Below, in pieces: positions 8,938-18,500 of a stretch of DNA of 64,000 nt. Source of the stretch: an uncultured archaeon (GTDB lineage: Archaea > Asgardarchaeota > Thorarchaeia > Thorarchaeales > Thorarchaeaceae); contig CAZVZC010000004.1 of the NCBI GenBank assembly GCA_964631415.1, forward strand, positions 17,658-81,657, in the 5' to 3' direction. The position numbers and the translations under genes were made by a program. How positions within the stretch are numbered: position 1 is the first letter of the stretch; the number at the start of each line of letters is the position of its first letter. The notes beneath the pieces were generated by a model. The model had not been told where the DNA came from. It ran no database searches and was given only the letters and a program-made list of their open reading frames with translations.

Positions 8938-10026
8938 CTAAGAGGACTGCTTCGGGGCAGAATCATCTGATTGCCTGCCGAACAGCCTTCTTGACCACTT
9001 CTTCCAACCTGAGTGGAGTCCGGACCCCCAAGTCCCTTGCCACCACCAGCCCTTTCCAGCCTTCATGTACATAGAGACCTTCATCCCGGATATCACAAGC
9101 TGCCACGAGTTGGTGACGGCAACGATGAAGACTATGAACGTCCAGACACCATTGAACAGGAGTGGCAGGAAGGAAATCTCACCGTACAGGCTTGTCATGT
9201 CAAAGAGCGACCACACACCATTGGTGTTATTCCAAACATTGACAATAGGCCAGCCAGTGGTGACCAGCACCATGCACACGACGATCCATACGGCTGAGAG
9301 AATGGCTTGGAGCAGTAGATTCGCATTGTTCTCTCCTGCCTTGAAAAACAGATAGCCCTTCGCCGCGCTCACTGCCATCAGAAACGCCATGACACCTAGG
9401 ACCGGTAGAAATGCGGGGATGAAGCAGAGCTGTATCTGTGGCAGCAAAAGGATTACTGCGAAGAATAGTCCGAACACAATGTCGGCGACTGCATCAAGCC
9501 TGGACTTAGGCGTGAAGACACCGCTTCCAGCGCCTAGGACTCCCTCAAGGACTGTCTTCTCAGTTGGCGCCTTGTACCTGTCAAGGAATGACAACACTCC
9601 AATGACGACGATGGCCAGTCCTACCCAAAACATGACCATGACAGGGATGTTGAATGGCCAGTTCTCGATAGTCGGGAAGCCCCACATTGATAGGGAGATT
9701 CCCACGAAGTAAGCGCCGATGCCGAATGCAATCGCAAGAGCCACAAGTGCCATCACCATCCGACCGGCGGGCAGCATGTACTCAGCGGGTATGGGGCCGA
9801 CCTTCTTGCCAGTCCCAGCATAGGCATTGGCGGCTTCCTTCGGATCGCCGAATCGTTCAATGGCCAGCATCACTGAGCCGCGGGTGAGCTTCCCTTGGCC
9901 TAGGGACTGGGCCTCCTCAATCAAGTGCGTTCTAATCTCGGTCAGTGTGTCCTGACTATCAATGGGAAGGTATATCCTGACCCGTTCGAGATACTTCTCA
10001 ATCATTTCCAATGGTTCTTCACTCAT
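8938..10026 (-). CDS. membrane protein with N-terminal HAAS-like domain (PadR partner)
   Basis: IEKYLERVRIYLP...EIRTHLIE...AIERFGDPKEAA followed by multiple TM helices; 4-nt overlap with the padR-like gene. Confidence 0.8.
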   Translation of the reverse strand: MSEEPLEMIEKYLERVRIYLPIDSQDTLTEIRTHLIEEAQSLGQGKLTRGSVMLAIERFGDPKEAANAYAGTGKKVGPIPAEYMLPAGRMVMALVALAIAFGIGAYFVGISLSMWGFPTIENWPFNIPVMVMFWVGLAIVVIGVLSFLDRYKAPTEKTVLEGVLGAGSGVFTPKSRLDAVADIVFGLFFAVILLLPQIQLCFIPAFLPVLGVMAFLMAVSAAKGYLFFKAGENNANLLLQAILSAVWIVVCMVLVTTGWPIVNVWNNTNGVWSLFDMTSLYGEISFLPLLFNGVWTFIVFIVAVTNSWQLVISGMKVSMYMKAGKGWWWQGTWGSGLHSGWKKWSRRLFGRQSDDSAPKQSS

Positions 10027-10397
10027 TGTGCGTCAACTCTCCCGAGTAGTTCTTTCATTTCATTCGTTAGCACAGACCATGTTTCGGTCATCATCTTGAG
10101 GGCTCTCTTGCCCTCGTCCTCAAGGCGGTAGTACTTCTTCGGTTTGGTTGGGTCCGCATAGTCCCACTCGCTGCTCAGCAGTTTTCGCTCCTTCTCGAGA
10201 CGACGAAGCAGTGGATACACTGTTCCCTGTTCAAGCTGAAGGAATGTCACCTTGTCGCTCAGACGTTTGACAATCTCGTACCCGTAGGCAGGACCTTCCT
10301 CCAGCACTGCTAGGATTGCGAGGGCCGCAGCACCTTTCTTCACCTCAGTGGACCACCGCTCGAATTCCTCTCTTGCAGGACCAGATCCACCGCTCAC
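10023..10397 (-). CDS. PadR-family transcriptional regulator
   Basis: ILAVLEEGPAYGYEI, GTVYPLLRRLE, KKYYRL. Confidence 0.92.
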   Translation of the reverse strand: MSGGSGPAREEFERWSTEVKKGAAALAILAVLEEGPAYGYEIVKRLSDKVTFLQLEQGTVYPLLRRLEKERKLLSSEWDYADPTKPKKYYRLEDEGKRALKMMTETWSVLTNEMKELLGRVDAQ

Positions 10398-10452
10398 GGC
10401 TCAGTACTCGCCTCCCTGTGGGCTGTTTTGCTCATTATTGTGTTACACCTTT

Positions 10453-10471
10453 TACTATGCGTTACATAGTA
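10453..10471. promoter_or_regulatory. palindromic operator TACTATG-N5-CATAGTA, probably for PadR
   Basis: Perfect 7-5-7 inverted repeat just downstream of the minus-strand TATA (CTTTATATAT, 10485-10494). Confidence 0.65.
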
Positions 10472-10706
10472 GTGTACTACATGCATATATAAAGCTTGCT
10501 TAGTACGCAGCCAGATTCACGCACTGTTTCTGAGCAGCTGAAGCGCAGCCGACCATTGTAGTCCCCATCACATCCAAATGTATCAGGACCCGCTTCATGT
10601 CAATGAAGGCAGGTGATCTCCGGCACATCATCGCAGCACCTGGTTTCGGAGTACTTCGTTTCTGCTGTTGTTTGCAACGAAACCCTGCATGGAGTAGACT
10701 GGTTGA

Positions 10707-10732
10707 TGTACACAAGTGTACGTTAATGTACA
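10707..10732. promoter_or_regulatory. three TRP-box-like elements TGTACA-N4-TGTACG-N4-TGTACA
   Basis: 10-bp phased hexamers matching the TrpY TRP-box consensus TGTACA, upstream of TTTATAA (10746-10752) and trpB2. Confidence 0.65.
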
Positions 10733-10800
10733 GTTATGAGCAATATTTATAAGATGACCACCACGACCGCCTGACCCTAAGCCTGAGGTGAAGAGTCGCG

Positions 10801-10863
10801 ATGAGCGTGCGTTCCTACCAATGGGGCAGGGGTCTGAAGCGACCCTTAAAGCTAGTTTTGTAG
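10801..10863 (+). CDS. putative Trp-containing leader peptide (MSVRSYQWGRGLKRPLKLVL)
   Basis: SD GAGGTGA (10785-10791) 9 nt before ATG; TGG at 10822-10824; lies in the long trpB2 leader. Confidence 0.5.
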   Translation: MSVRSYQWGRGLKRPLKLVL

Positions 10864-11009
10864 ATACCGCTCTCGCGCCATATTCTTTCACGGCGTCGTT
10901 CTCTCACGAAACAGTCGTGCGAAGACTCGATTCAGGTCATGTCATAGCACGTAGTGCAGACGTGAAACCCCACGCCGTCCTCGGGAAACATGAATGTGAG
11001 GAATCATAG

Positions 11010-12329
11010 ATGACAAGACAACAGATCAGAATCACACTAGGTCCTGATGATACACCAAAGAGCTACGTGAACATAGTTCCCTACTTGCGGAGCCCACTTC
11101 CTCCCCCAATCGACGCGACGACGGGCGAACCGGTGAATCCCGAAGCGCTGACGAGAATATTCGCGAAAGAGTGCGTGCGACAAGAGGTTTCCCAACAAAG
11201 GACTATACCTATCGCTGACGAGGTTAGGGAGGCAATGATCCGTTTCGGAAGGCCAACCCCACTTCAGAGAGCGTACGGACTTGAAGAGATGCTAAAGACC
11301 CCGGCCAGAATCTACTACAAGAGAGAGGATGTTTCGCCGACTGGCAGTCACAAGACGAACACAGCGCTGGCGCAGTGTTACTATGCTATGAAAGAAGGTG
11401 TGGAACGATACACGACCGAAACAGGTGCTGGTCAGTGGGGCTGCGCTCTCGCCCTCGCATGTTCACACTTCGGTCTCGAAGCAATGATATACATGGTAAG
11501 GGTCAGTTACGAACAGAAGGCATATCGTGGAACTCTCATGAGACTCTACGGAGCGAAAGTTGTTCCTAGCCCTTCGCAAAACACCGAGTTTGGGAGAAGA
11601 CTCAATCGAGAACAGCCAGGACACCCCGGATCTTTGGGAATCGCAATCAGTGAAGCGCTTGAAGATGCGCTTGGCAGCCAGAACACGAAATACAGTCTTG
11701 GATCTGTCCTGAACCATGTCTTACTTCATCAGACAGTCATAGGTCAGGAAGCGAAGCAGCAACTCAATCTAATCGACACGAAGCCAGACTACGTGGTTGG
11801 CTGCGTTGGTGGGGGCAGCAACTTCGCGGGCCTGTCATATCCCTTCATCGCCGACCCCAGATTCAAGGACACCGAGTTCATTGCTGCCGAATCAGACGCC
11901 TGCCCCAAGCTCACTCATGGCGAGTACCGCTACGACTTTGGGGACACAGCAGGGCTCACACCAAAACTGAAGATGTACACTCTCGGCGCGAACTTCATTC
12001 CGCCGAAGATACATGCCGGCGGGCTACGATATCACGGCTCGGCTCCAACACTAAGCGCACTGATACAGGAGGGCAGGGTCAGACCATTGGCCTATAACCA
12101 AATCGACGCCTTGAGTGCGGGGGCCCTCTTCGCAAGGACAGAAGGCATCGTCCCGGCCCCTGAGTCGTCTCACGCAATAAAGGCAGTCATCGACCTCGCT
12201 CTCGAGGCAAAGCAAAGAAACGAAGAGAGAACGATTCTCTTCAATCTGTCAGGCCACGGGCATTTCGATATGACAGCCTATGGCTCCTTGATGGATGGCA
12301 CGCTAAGCGGAGAGAGCATGGCAACATAG
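11010..12329 (+). CDS. trpB2: tryptophan synthase beta chain type 2
   Basis: [16 protein letters not shown] (PLP lysine), [37 protein letters not shown]. Confidence 0.96.
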   Translation: MTRQQIRITLGPDDTPKSYVNIVPYLRSPLPPPIDATTGEPVNPEALTRIFAKECVRQEVSQQRTIPIADEVREAMIRFGRPTPLQRAYGLEEMLKTPARIYYKREDVSPTGSHKTNTALAQCYYAMKEGVERYTTETGAGQWGCALALACSHFGLEAMIYMVRVSYEQKAYRGTLMRLYGAKVVPSPSQNTEFGRRLNREQPGHPGSLGIAISEALEDALGSQNTKYSLGSVLNHVLLHQTVIGQEAKQQLNLIDTKPDYVVGCVGGGSNFAGLSYPFIADPRFKDTEFIAAESDACPKLTHGEYRYDFGDTAGLTPKLKMYTLGANFIPPKIHAGGLRYHGSAPTLSALIQEGRVRPLAYNQIDALSAGALFARTEGIVPAPESSHAIKAVIDLALEAKQRNEERTILFNLSGHGHFDMTAYGSLMDGTLSGESMAT

Positions 12330-12433
12330 GATTCGATCATGGCACATGCTGCTGTCAAATGGCAGACGATGCGTGGAACACTGCAACTACCTGCAGCTGG
12401 ACTTCCGCCACAGACCAGTAGGAAACGGGTCAT

Positions 12434-13177
12434 CTAAAACTCGTGCTTACGGAATCTCCAGACTGCGAGTTCGCCCAGCACGACCAAGACGACGATGGTT
12501 ATGATCAGCGGATAGACTGAGAAGTCTGTGCCGTTTGCTATGCCCATCGCCACTGTGAGCAGACCCCATGGGCCATATGGTCCGATAGTGGGGTTCATTC
12601 CAAGGTTGACCCCAAAGAAGATGAAGAATATCGGCAACCACACAACTGATCCGGCCTTCTCGTAGAATGTTCCCATACATATAGTCAGGAAGAGCAAGAA
12701 CACCTGCCAAAGAATGACAGGGACAAGACTTGCACAGAACGCCAATATGCTCGGAGCAGTACCAAACAGAACAGCTAGAAGGAACACTACTGAACCTGGT
12801 ATCAGGACCATCGAGATGGCAATGTTCAGAGAGTTCGGCAAGAGCTTGGCCAAGACAAATGCTGTTCTGGACACGGGCTTTGACAGGACCCACGCAGCAG
12901 AACCCGAATCCTTCTCTTCAAGTATCGTTCCTGTTGCGACGACTAGCACTGCAATGGACGGGAATATGAATGCCATGATGTAGAAAATCATCAAGCCTCC
13001 TTCCGCGTTTTGGAGACCTATAGACGAGAACAGGCCGAGCGCTCCAGTCCACATGAGTGCCTGCTGCCACCATGCTGATGTCCCGAACCAAGCCTTGAGC
13101 TCCTTACGCACTAGGTTCGAGAGTCCCATTCTCCAGCCAGTTTCAATGACAGGCTCGAATGCTTCACTGTGCGACAT
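12434..13177 (-). CDS. ABC-2 type permease
   Basis: About 6 TM helices; EKDSGSAAWVLSKPVSR motif; overlaps the ATPase gene. Confidence 0.88.
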   Translation of the reverse strand: MSHSEAFEPVIETGWRMGLSNLVRKELKAWFGTSAWWQQALMWTGALGLFSSIGLQNAEGGLMIFYIMAFIFPSIAVLVVATGTILEEKDSGSAAWVLSKPVSRTAFVLAKLLPNSLNIAISMVLIPGSVVFLLAVLFGTAPSILAFCASLVPVILWQVFLLFLTICMGTFYEKAGSVVWLPIFFIFFGVNLGMNPTIGPYGPWGLLTVAMGIANGTDFSVYPLIITIVVLVVLGELAVWRFRKHEF

Positions 13178-14129
13178 TGTTGCTGTCCTCCACCATCTTC
13201 ATGAAAATCTCTTCAAGCTCATACTGCTTCAAGCCGAAATCCACGACGTCTACGGTGTCATCTGCCATTACTGTCCTCAGGAGCTTCTTCCTAGCCATCG
13301 AATCATCGCTCACACTGACGACCCATTGCGTTTTGTCCTTGGCCTTCTTCTCGGTAATGCCTGTCACCCAAGGTTCCTTGGAGAGCCGTGCGTATGCCTT
13401 CTGGGGGTTTCCTTCCAGTGTGAGTGTATAGGCCACACCTTCGCTACCGGCAAGAAGCTGACCAATCGGTGCCTGCGCTATCATCCGGCCTTTGTTCAAG
13501 ATTGCCACAGTGTCGCTGACTCGCTGCACATCATCCAGGATATGAGTGCTGTAGAATATGGTCGATTCAGAACGTAACCCCTCCATGATCTTGAGAACGT
13601 CCTCTCTTCCTTCAGGATCAAGGCCCGCGGCAGGCTCGTCAAGGATCAGAAGCTCTGGATAGTTAATCTGGGCCTGAGCGATTCCCAGCCGCTGCATCTC
13701 TCCACCAGAGAAACCCTCAATCAGCCGGTCCGACTTGTCCTCGAGCTCCACAACCGAAAGAAGCTGCTCTATTCTCTCCTCGATTTTGTCACGTGGTCCT
13801 TTGAAGTAGAAACGCGCAGCAAAGCGCATGGTTTCTCTTGCCGTCATCTCTTTGTAGAACTTAGGATGCTGAGCAAGGTACCCCACTCCTCTTCTGACCT
13901 CGTTACTGTTCTGAACAATGTCATAGCCGAGCACGGTTCCACCGCCAGTTGTCGGCTTCGTGAGACCCACCAGTAGTTTGATTGTGGTGGTCTTTCCAGC
14001 CCCATTGGGTCCAAGGAAAGCAAAGATCGAATTCCTTGGAACTCTCAGATTGAGCGAACTCAATGCAGCAACGTCCCCGTATGTCTTGCCGAGCTCCTGA
14101 GTGCTTATCACGAATGACTGTTGGCTCGT
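13164..14129 (-). CDS. ABC-2 transporter ATP-binding protein
   Basis: GPNGAGKTT, FSGGEMQR, ILDEP. Start is ACG 14129 (7 nt after GAGGCGA) or GTG 14111. Confidence 0.92.
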   Translation of the reverse strand, partial: TSQQSFVISTQELGKTYGDVAALSSLNLRVPRNSIFAFLGPNGAGKTTTIKLLVGLTKPTTGGGTVLGYDIVQNSNEVRRGVGYLAQHPKFYKEMTARETMRFAARFYFKGPRDKIEERIEQLLSVVELEDKSDRLIEGFSGGEMQRLGIAQAQINYPELLILDEPAAGLDPEGREDVLKIMEGLRSESTIFYSTHILDDVQRVSDTVAILNKGRMIAQAPIGQLLAGSEGVAYTLTLEGNPQKAYARLSKEPWVTGITEKKAKDKTQWVVSVSDDSMARKKLLRTVMADDTVDVVDFGLKQYELEEIFMKMVEDSNNVAQ

Positions 14130-14182
14130 GTCAGAATCGCCTCTTTCTCTTTGAATGAGCGTCGTGGCTTGCCGGGGTCGTG

Positions 14183-14190
14183 TTATATAA
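14183..14190. promoter_or_regulatory. palindromic TATA (TTATATAA), possibly shared by the divergent genes
   Basis: The only AT-rich element between the divergent ABC and Gfo/Idh/MocA genes. Confidence 0.5.
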
Positions 14191-14230
14191 ACCCGGGGGG
14201 TGAGTCATCCCTACAAGATCTGATGAACGG

Positions 14231-15256
14231 ATGTCGGACAAGAGCATTGGAGTAGCTATTGCAGGACTAGGTTTCGTGGGAGCTCGTGCTCATGTTCCTG
14301 CCTTCAGAAAGATACCGGGAGCTGAAGTGGTGGGTGTCGTTGCCCGACCTGGTGGCAGCAGCGAACGCGTCGCCAAAGAGTTGTCCGAGAAGTATGGTTT
14401 CAATTACTATCTTGACTATGGGGCAGCCCTAGATGATCCCCGGGTTCATGCAGTAGTACTTGCAGTGCCAACACCGGATCACTTCGAGATGGCAGCCCAG
14501 GCCATGTCAAAGGGAAAGCATGTTCTGTGCGAAATGCCCTTGGCAACCACGATTGCTCAGGCAAGGAAACTGAAACAACAGGCCGAGAAGGAGGGAGTGC
14601 TACTCATGCCTGTCCTCAACTTCCGTTTCACTCCTAACTTCGTGAAAGCAAAGGAGCTGATTGACCAAGGAGTTGTTGGAAAGCCGCTTGCAGTGACGTT
14701 CAAGGAACTTATCGCAGCGAGGGATCTTGCGGCACAATGGCCGCTCACTTCATGGGCGTGGGATGTGAGAAAAAGTGGTGGGCTTCCGGATTTCACACTC
14801 TCGGTCTGGTCATTAGACCTCGTCAGATGGCTATTCAACACCGAAATCGAAGATGTGCATTGGGTCGCAGACTATGCCACTGTTGAAGGGCTAGAGAACT
14901 TCAAGGGGTATCAGACGATTGGTGTTGTTAAGCTCACGAATGGCATGGTTGGGAGTTTCCATTATGGTTCGACTGTTGCGCCAGGTAGGGGTACAAGTAG
15001 GTTGGAGGTCTATGGAAGCAATGGTAGAATCCTCGAGGCGAACCGGAACAACTCCTTGACACTGATTGGAGAGAACCTAGAGAAACAGGAATGGGCATTC
15101 GAAGAGAAAGGCAGCAGAGTATGGGGCCATTATCAGCTGGACTCGTACTTCGTAGACTGCATACTCCATGGGATGAAACCATCATTCGGTCCGGAGGATG
15201 CCATCAAGGTACAGATGATTGCCCAGAAGATGGTTCGACGGGCCCCCAAGACGTGA
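14231..15256 (+). CDS. Gfo/Idh/MocA family oxidoreductase
   Basis: Rossmann motif IAGLGFVG, VPTPDH, GKHVLCEMPLA, NFRFTP. Confidence 0.9.
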   Translation: MSDKSIGVAIAGLGFVGARAHVPAFRKIPGAEVVGVVARPGGSSERVAKELSEKYGFNYYLDYGAALDDPRVHAVVLAVPTPDHFEMAAQAMSKGKHVLCEMPLATTIAQARKLKQQAEKEGVLLMPVLNFRFTPNFVKAKELIDQGVVGKPLAVTFKELIAARDLAAQWPLTSWAWDVRKSGGLPDFTLSVWSLDLVRWLFNTEIEDVHWVADYATVEGLENFKGYQTIGVVKLTNGMVGSFHYGSTVAPGRGTSRLEVYGSNGRILEANRNNSLTLIGENLEKQEWAFEEKGSRVWGHYQLDSYFVDCILHGMKPSFGPEDAIKVQMIAQKMVRRAPKT

Positions 15257-15427
15257 CTCTGACTGACTATCGGGAGATTGTGAGATTCGGTCGGACACGA
15301 CCTTTCATGCAATGGTTTATGTGCGGCAATGCATTATGGCTAACCGATTTCCCAAAACAGTCGCCGCCCTGCCTGAAGCCTAACGTGCGCCGATACAACT
15401 GGAGAATCGTTCAGGAAATAGTCAGCG

Positions 15428-16042
15428 TTGATGGGTGTCAGAGTCATTCCCCGCCTACTGAGGAAAGACGGAGAGTGCAATCGCTGGACGAGCATGCTCA
15501 TACTAGTTGTCCTGGTTGGGATTGCCCTTTTCGCTCCGTTCATCGCTGTATTCCAGCATCCCTCAGAAGTCTTTGCGGAAGACATCACAGGAGTATTCAG
15601 CTCTGTGACATGGGCATTCATCGTCCTCAATAATCCACCTGCGTACGACAATCAGATGACGTTCATATTGTTTCCAATGCTTGAAGTCCCGATTCTCTTG
15701 TTTGTTGCCGTCCTGCGGGTCGCGTATGTCTTGACAGTGATTGGTCATCGCCATGGACTCGTCGGCGGCCGTTTCCCGGCATTGACCGGCGCATTGATGT
15801 TCTCGTGCATTATGATACTCTGTATCTCTGTCACGTTCAGTCCTCACCTTGTAGGACTGCCGTGGGGACATCTCATACCCGTCCCGCCAAGCGAGATAGC
15901 CACTGCAGTCTGCTACCCGCTTCCTGCATTGTTCCTAATCGGACTGTTGTCTTATCCGGCGGCCAGAAAACACTCAGCAGACAGGAGCGACCCGCGTGGC
16001 GTAGACACTACTGTGACACAATCGGATTCTCTACCTGCGTAG
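15428..16042 (+). CDS. hypothetical membrane protein
   Basis: 4-5 hydrophobic segments; start may be ATG 15494. Confidence 0.6.
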   Translation: MMGVRVIPRLLRKDGECNRWTSMLILVVLVGIALFAPFIAVFQHPSEVFAEDITGVFSSVTWAFIVLNNPPAYDNQMTFILFPMLEVPILLFVAVLRVAYVLTVIGHRHGLVGGRFPALTGALMFSCIMILCISVTFSPHLVGLPWGHLIPVPPSEIATAVCYPLPALFLIGLLSYPAARKHSADRSDPRGVDTTVTQSDSLPA

Positions 16043-16119
16043 CATCTAGGACACTAGGGATTGATCAACTGCCCTGCGATATGAATGGCCTTCAAATCAC
16101 AAAGCAGGAGGGACAGATC

Positions 16120-16893
16120 CTAGTTGACCAGCTTCAGAAGATGCTCTGGAGATAAGTAGTAGCAACTCAGCAGTCTGCCGTTGTAGACGATGTTGAAGGT
16201 CCCATAGGCAGACGGTGCAGAGGCTCGCACGTCTTCGGTGTTTCTTAGCTCGACACTCTTGGCTTCGATTCCATTGTCTCTTGCCGCCTTCAGCACTCCG
16301 GCAACTGCCTTCGCAACATACGGACACTGTAGTGTATAGACCACCGTGATTCCAGAACCGTATGCCTTGAGCCTATTGTCCCAGTCCTTAGGAAAACTCG
16401 GGGGAGGTGCTTGTTTGAATCTCAACACCAGAAGCTCGAAGCTCGGCGGGGCTGTGTCGACAAGCTCGAACCCATACTTCAGAAACAGACTCTTGTTTGG
16501 CAGCCAGGGCCTGTCGCTCGTTACTACTGCGACACCAGCCTTCCTCGTCTTCTTCGCATCGTCTATGTACATCTGGACGAGCTTGGTGCCATAGCCTTTG
16601 CTCTTCCATTTGCCTACGACCCAAAGACAATGAATCACTAGATAGTCCTCTGCATTCACGGCACGCCACGTGTACTTGCCGGGGATGTACTCAATGAAAC
16701 CTCTTGATGTGAGGCCCTTTGCTTCCCTGATACGCAGAAGCTTGATGTGCAGACCTTCTTTGAACCGCTCTCTGATCCAAGCCACCTTGTTCTGATAGCC
16801 CTCTCCTCCCTTGTCGGACTTCTTGCAGAGGAAGTCGTAGTCATCTAAGTTGCTCTCATTCACATCGACTATCTCATAGTCGGCTCCGGTCAT
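16120..16893 (-). CDS. GNAT acetyltransferase with YoaP-like C-terminal domain
   Basis: GFIEYIPG, IHCLWVVGKWKSKGYG, QCPY, APSAYGTFNIVYNG. Confidence 0.85.
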   Translation of the reverse strand: MTGADYEIVDVNESNLDDYDFLCKKSDKGGEGYQNKVAWIRERFKEGLHIKLLRIREAKGLTSRGFIEYIPGKYTWRAVNAEDYLVIHCLWVVGKWKSKGYGTKLVQMYIDDAKKTRKAGVAVVTSDRPWLPNKSLFLKYGFELVDTAPPSFELLVLRFKQAPPPSFPKDWDNRLKAYGSGITVVYTLQCPYVAKAVAGVLKAARDNGIEAKSVELRNTEDVRASAPSAYGTFNIVYNGRLLSCYYLSPEHLLKLVN

Positions 16894-17095
16894 TTCTGAA
16901 CCCTGCAAGCATCATAGGGAATTGCCTCAGTAGCAGAACAACCTTCTCATGAACTGTGCGGTGACCGACATACCCCGGTCAACAGGATTCCGAATTGTGG
17001 ATGTGAAGGCGATATCCGCGAATGACATCATGGTGTTTCCAGACGACAGAAATGATTGAGGGAGAGTAGTTCTCTCTCCCTCTGCATCTGAACTC

Positions 17096-17860
17096 CTAGC
17101 TAAGGTTCGCCGATATGGCACCTGTCGTAGCCTGCGCCACGATTGTGAGCGTGGTTTCGGCGGTATGGTAGTCGTCGGTTTCGTAGTGACTCGTTGTTAT
17201 CTTGTTCCATCCGACCTGAGTCACGGTAACTGGGCCGGCCGTGGTTGAGGCCTCGAAGCTCCCACCCACTCCTACTGGGAGGTCTAGGTTCACAGTGATG
17301 GCTCCGGCAGAGGCTTCAAGGTCAAAGATAGAGTCGCCTAGAACCTGCACGTCGTCACCCATGATGACAGAGATGGCGCCGGCTGTCGCGGTCAGAAACA
17401 TGTTACCAATGTGCGCTCCATGATCTAGTGTGATAGATACCGCGCCCGCGGACGTGATCACGTCAATCGTGTAGTTGGCACCTGTGCCCAGGGTGAGATT
17501 CACCCCTGCAGCTGTATAGTTCAAACGAATCACGTTTGAAGCCAAGATGACGACAGGCGCCCCGTGTGCTTCGAGTGTAGAGTTCTGAACCTCGACAGTC
17601 ATCCTGTACAAGAGGGTCGTGTTCTCCTCGAACTTGATGACAACTGCACCAGCGCCCAAGTTCATATCCAGAGTCACTGTACCTGTTGTGTTGCCGACCT
17701 CCTGTTCAAATGGAAAGACTGTCTTAGCAGTGTTCCAGCCCGGGAACCACCACCAACCAGTGGATCCAAAGTAGGTCAAAGCGCCGACTGCGAGGGCACC
17801 TCCGGTTATGACAGCGATTATGCATGCAACCATTCCCTTGTTTCTTCGATATTCACTCAT
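17096..17860 (-). CDS. membrane-anchored beta-repeat (DUF4097/adhesin-like) protein
   Basis: N-terminal TM, then repeated [TA]xAGA[VI][ST]x units (TSAGAVSI, ATAGAISV, ASAGAITV, ATTGAISA). Confidence 0.7.
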   Translation of the reverse strand: MSEYRRNKGMVACIIAVITGGALAVGALTYFGSTGWWWFPGWNTAKTVFPFEQEVGNTTGTVTLDMNLGAGAVVIKFEENTTLLYRMTVEVQNSTLEAHGAPVVILASNVIRLNYTAAGVNLTLGTGANYTIDVITSAGAVSITLDHGAHIGNMFLTATAGAISVIMGDDVQVLGDSIFDLEASAGAITVNLDLPVGVGGSFEASTTAGPVTVTQVGWNKITTSHYETDDYHTAETTLTIVAQATTGAISANLS

Positions 17861-18497
17861 TCTTCATTCCACCCGTTCGATGAGACCGGAGGAAGTCGTG
17901 CCACTTCTCTCGCAGGTCTCGATACTGCGGATCTTCTTCCAAAGCAAACCGACGCATGATCCGCGACACGTCTCCTCTGACCGATGGCGGAAGTTTGTTG
18001 TAGCTCGCCGCATCTATTACTTGAGTCTTTGAGCTGACAGCATTCTCGCGCTCGATCAGATTCCTCAGCAACGCTGTTGCCTGCTCCGCCTCAGACTCTG
18101 GTATCTCCATGCCATAGACCGACAGGCTTGATATCATGGACTTGAAGCGGTTTCTTGCGAAACGAGCGATGCCTCCGTTAGCCTGTATCATCTCACTGAT
18201 GCCCAAGCGAAACTCTCTGGCGGTCGCTCGGTAGTATCGCTGCACTATTCCAGTAGAAGTGAGCTGAGTGCGCTCCTGAACCACAAGACCGGCTTTCTTC
18301 AGCGCTTCAATGTGATGCAGTATGGTTCCAGGGTTCTTGCCAAGAGCGTCAGCCAGCTGCTTGACTGTCATTGAGCCATTCACGAGGTACTTGAATACAA
18401 TATCAGATCGGACTGGCTCAAGAAGGACCCTGATGACTTTGGAGTCCGTCACCACCTCAAGGTCTTTCATGGGCTCTACTCGCGTCGGCTCTGTCAA
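17853..18497 (-). CDS. ArsR-family winged-HTH regulator
   Basis: MTVKQLADALGKNPGTILHHIEALKKAGLV, QRYYRA; SD GGAGGTG before TTG. Confidence 0.9.
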   Translation of the reverse strand: MTEPTRVEPMKDLEVVTDSKVIRVLLEPVRSDIVFKYLVNGSMTVKQLADALGKNPGTILHHIEALKKAGLVVQERTQLTSTGIVQRYYRATAREFRLGISEMIQANGGIARFARNRFKSMISSLSVYGMEIPESEAEQATALLRNLIERENAVSSKTQVIDAASYNKLPPSVRGDVSRIMRRFALEEDPQYRDLREKWHDFLRSHRTGGMKNE

Positions 18498-18500
18498 GTT

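Noticed and set aside
10500-10715. Minus-strand ORFs as a possible divergent trpY
   Set aside because: Too short, with no HTH or ACT-like pattern.
10788-11009. 73-aa ORF abutting trpB2
   Set aside because: Its GTG lies inside the GAGGTGA SD that serves ATG 10801 and it has no recognisable motif. Not fully excluded, since its stop directly precedes the trpB2 ATG.
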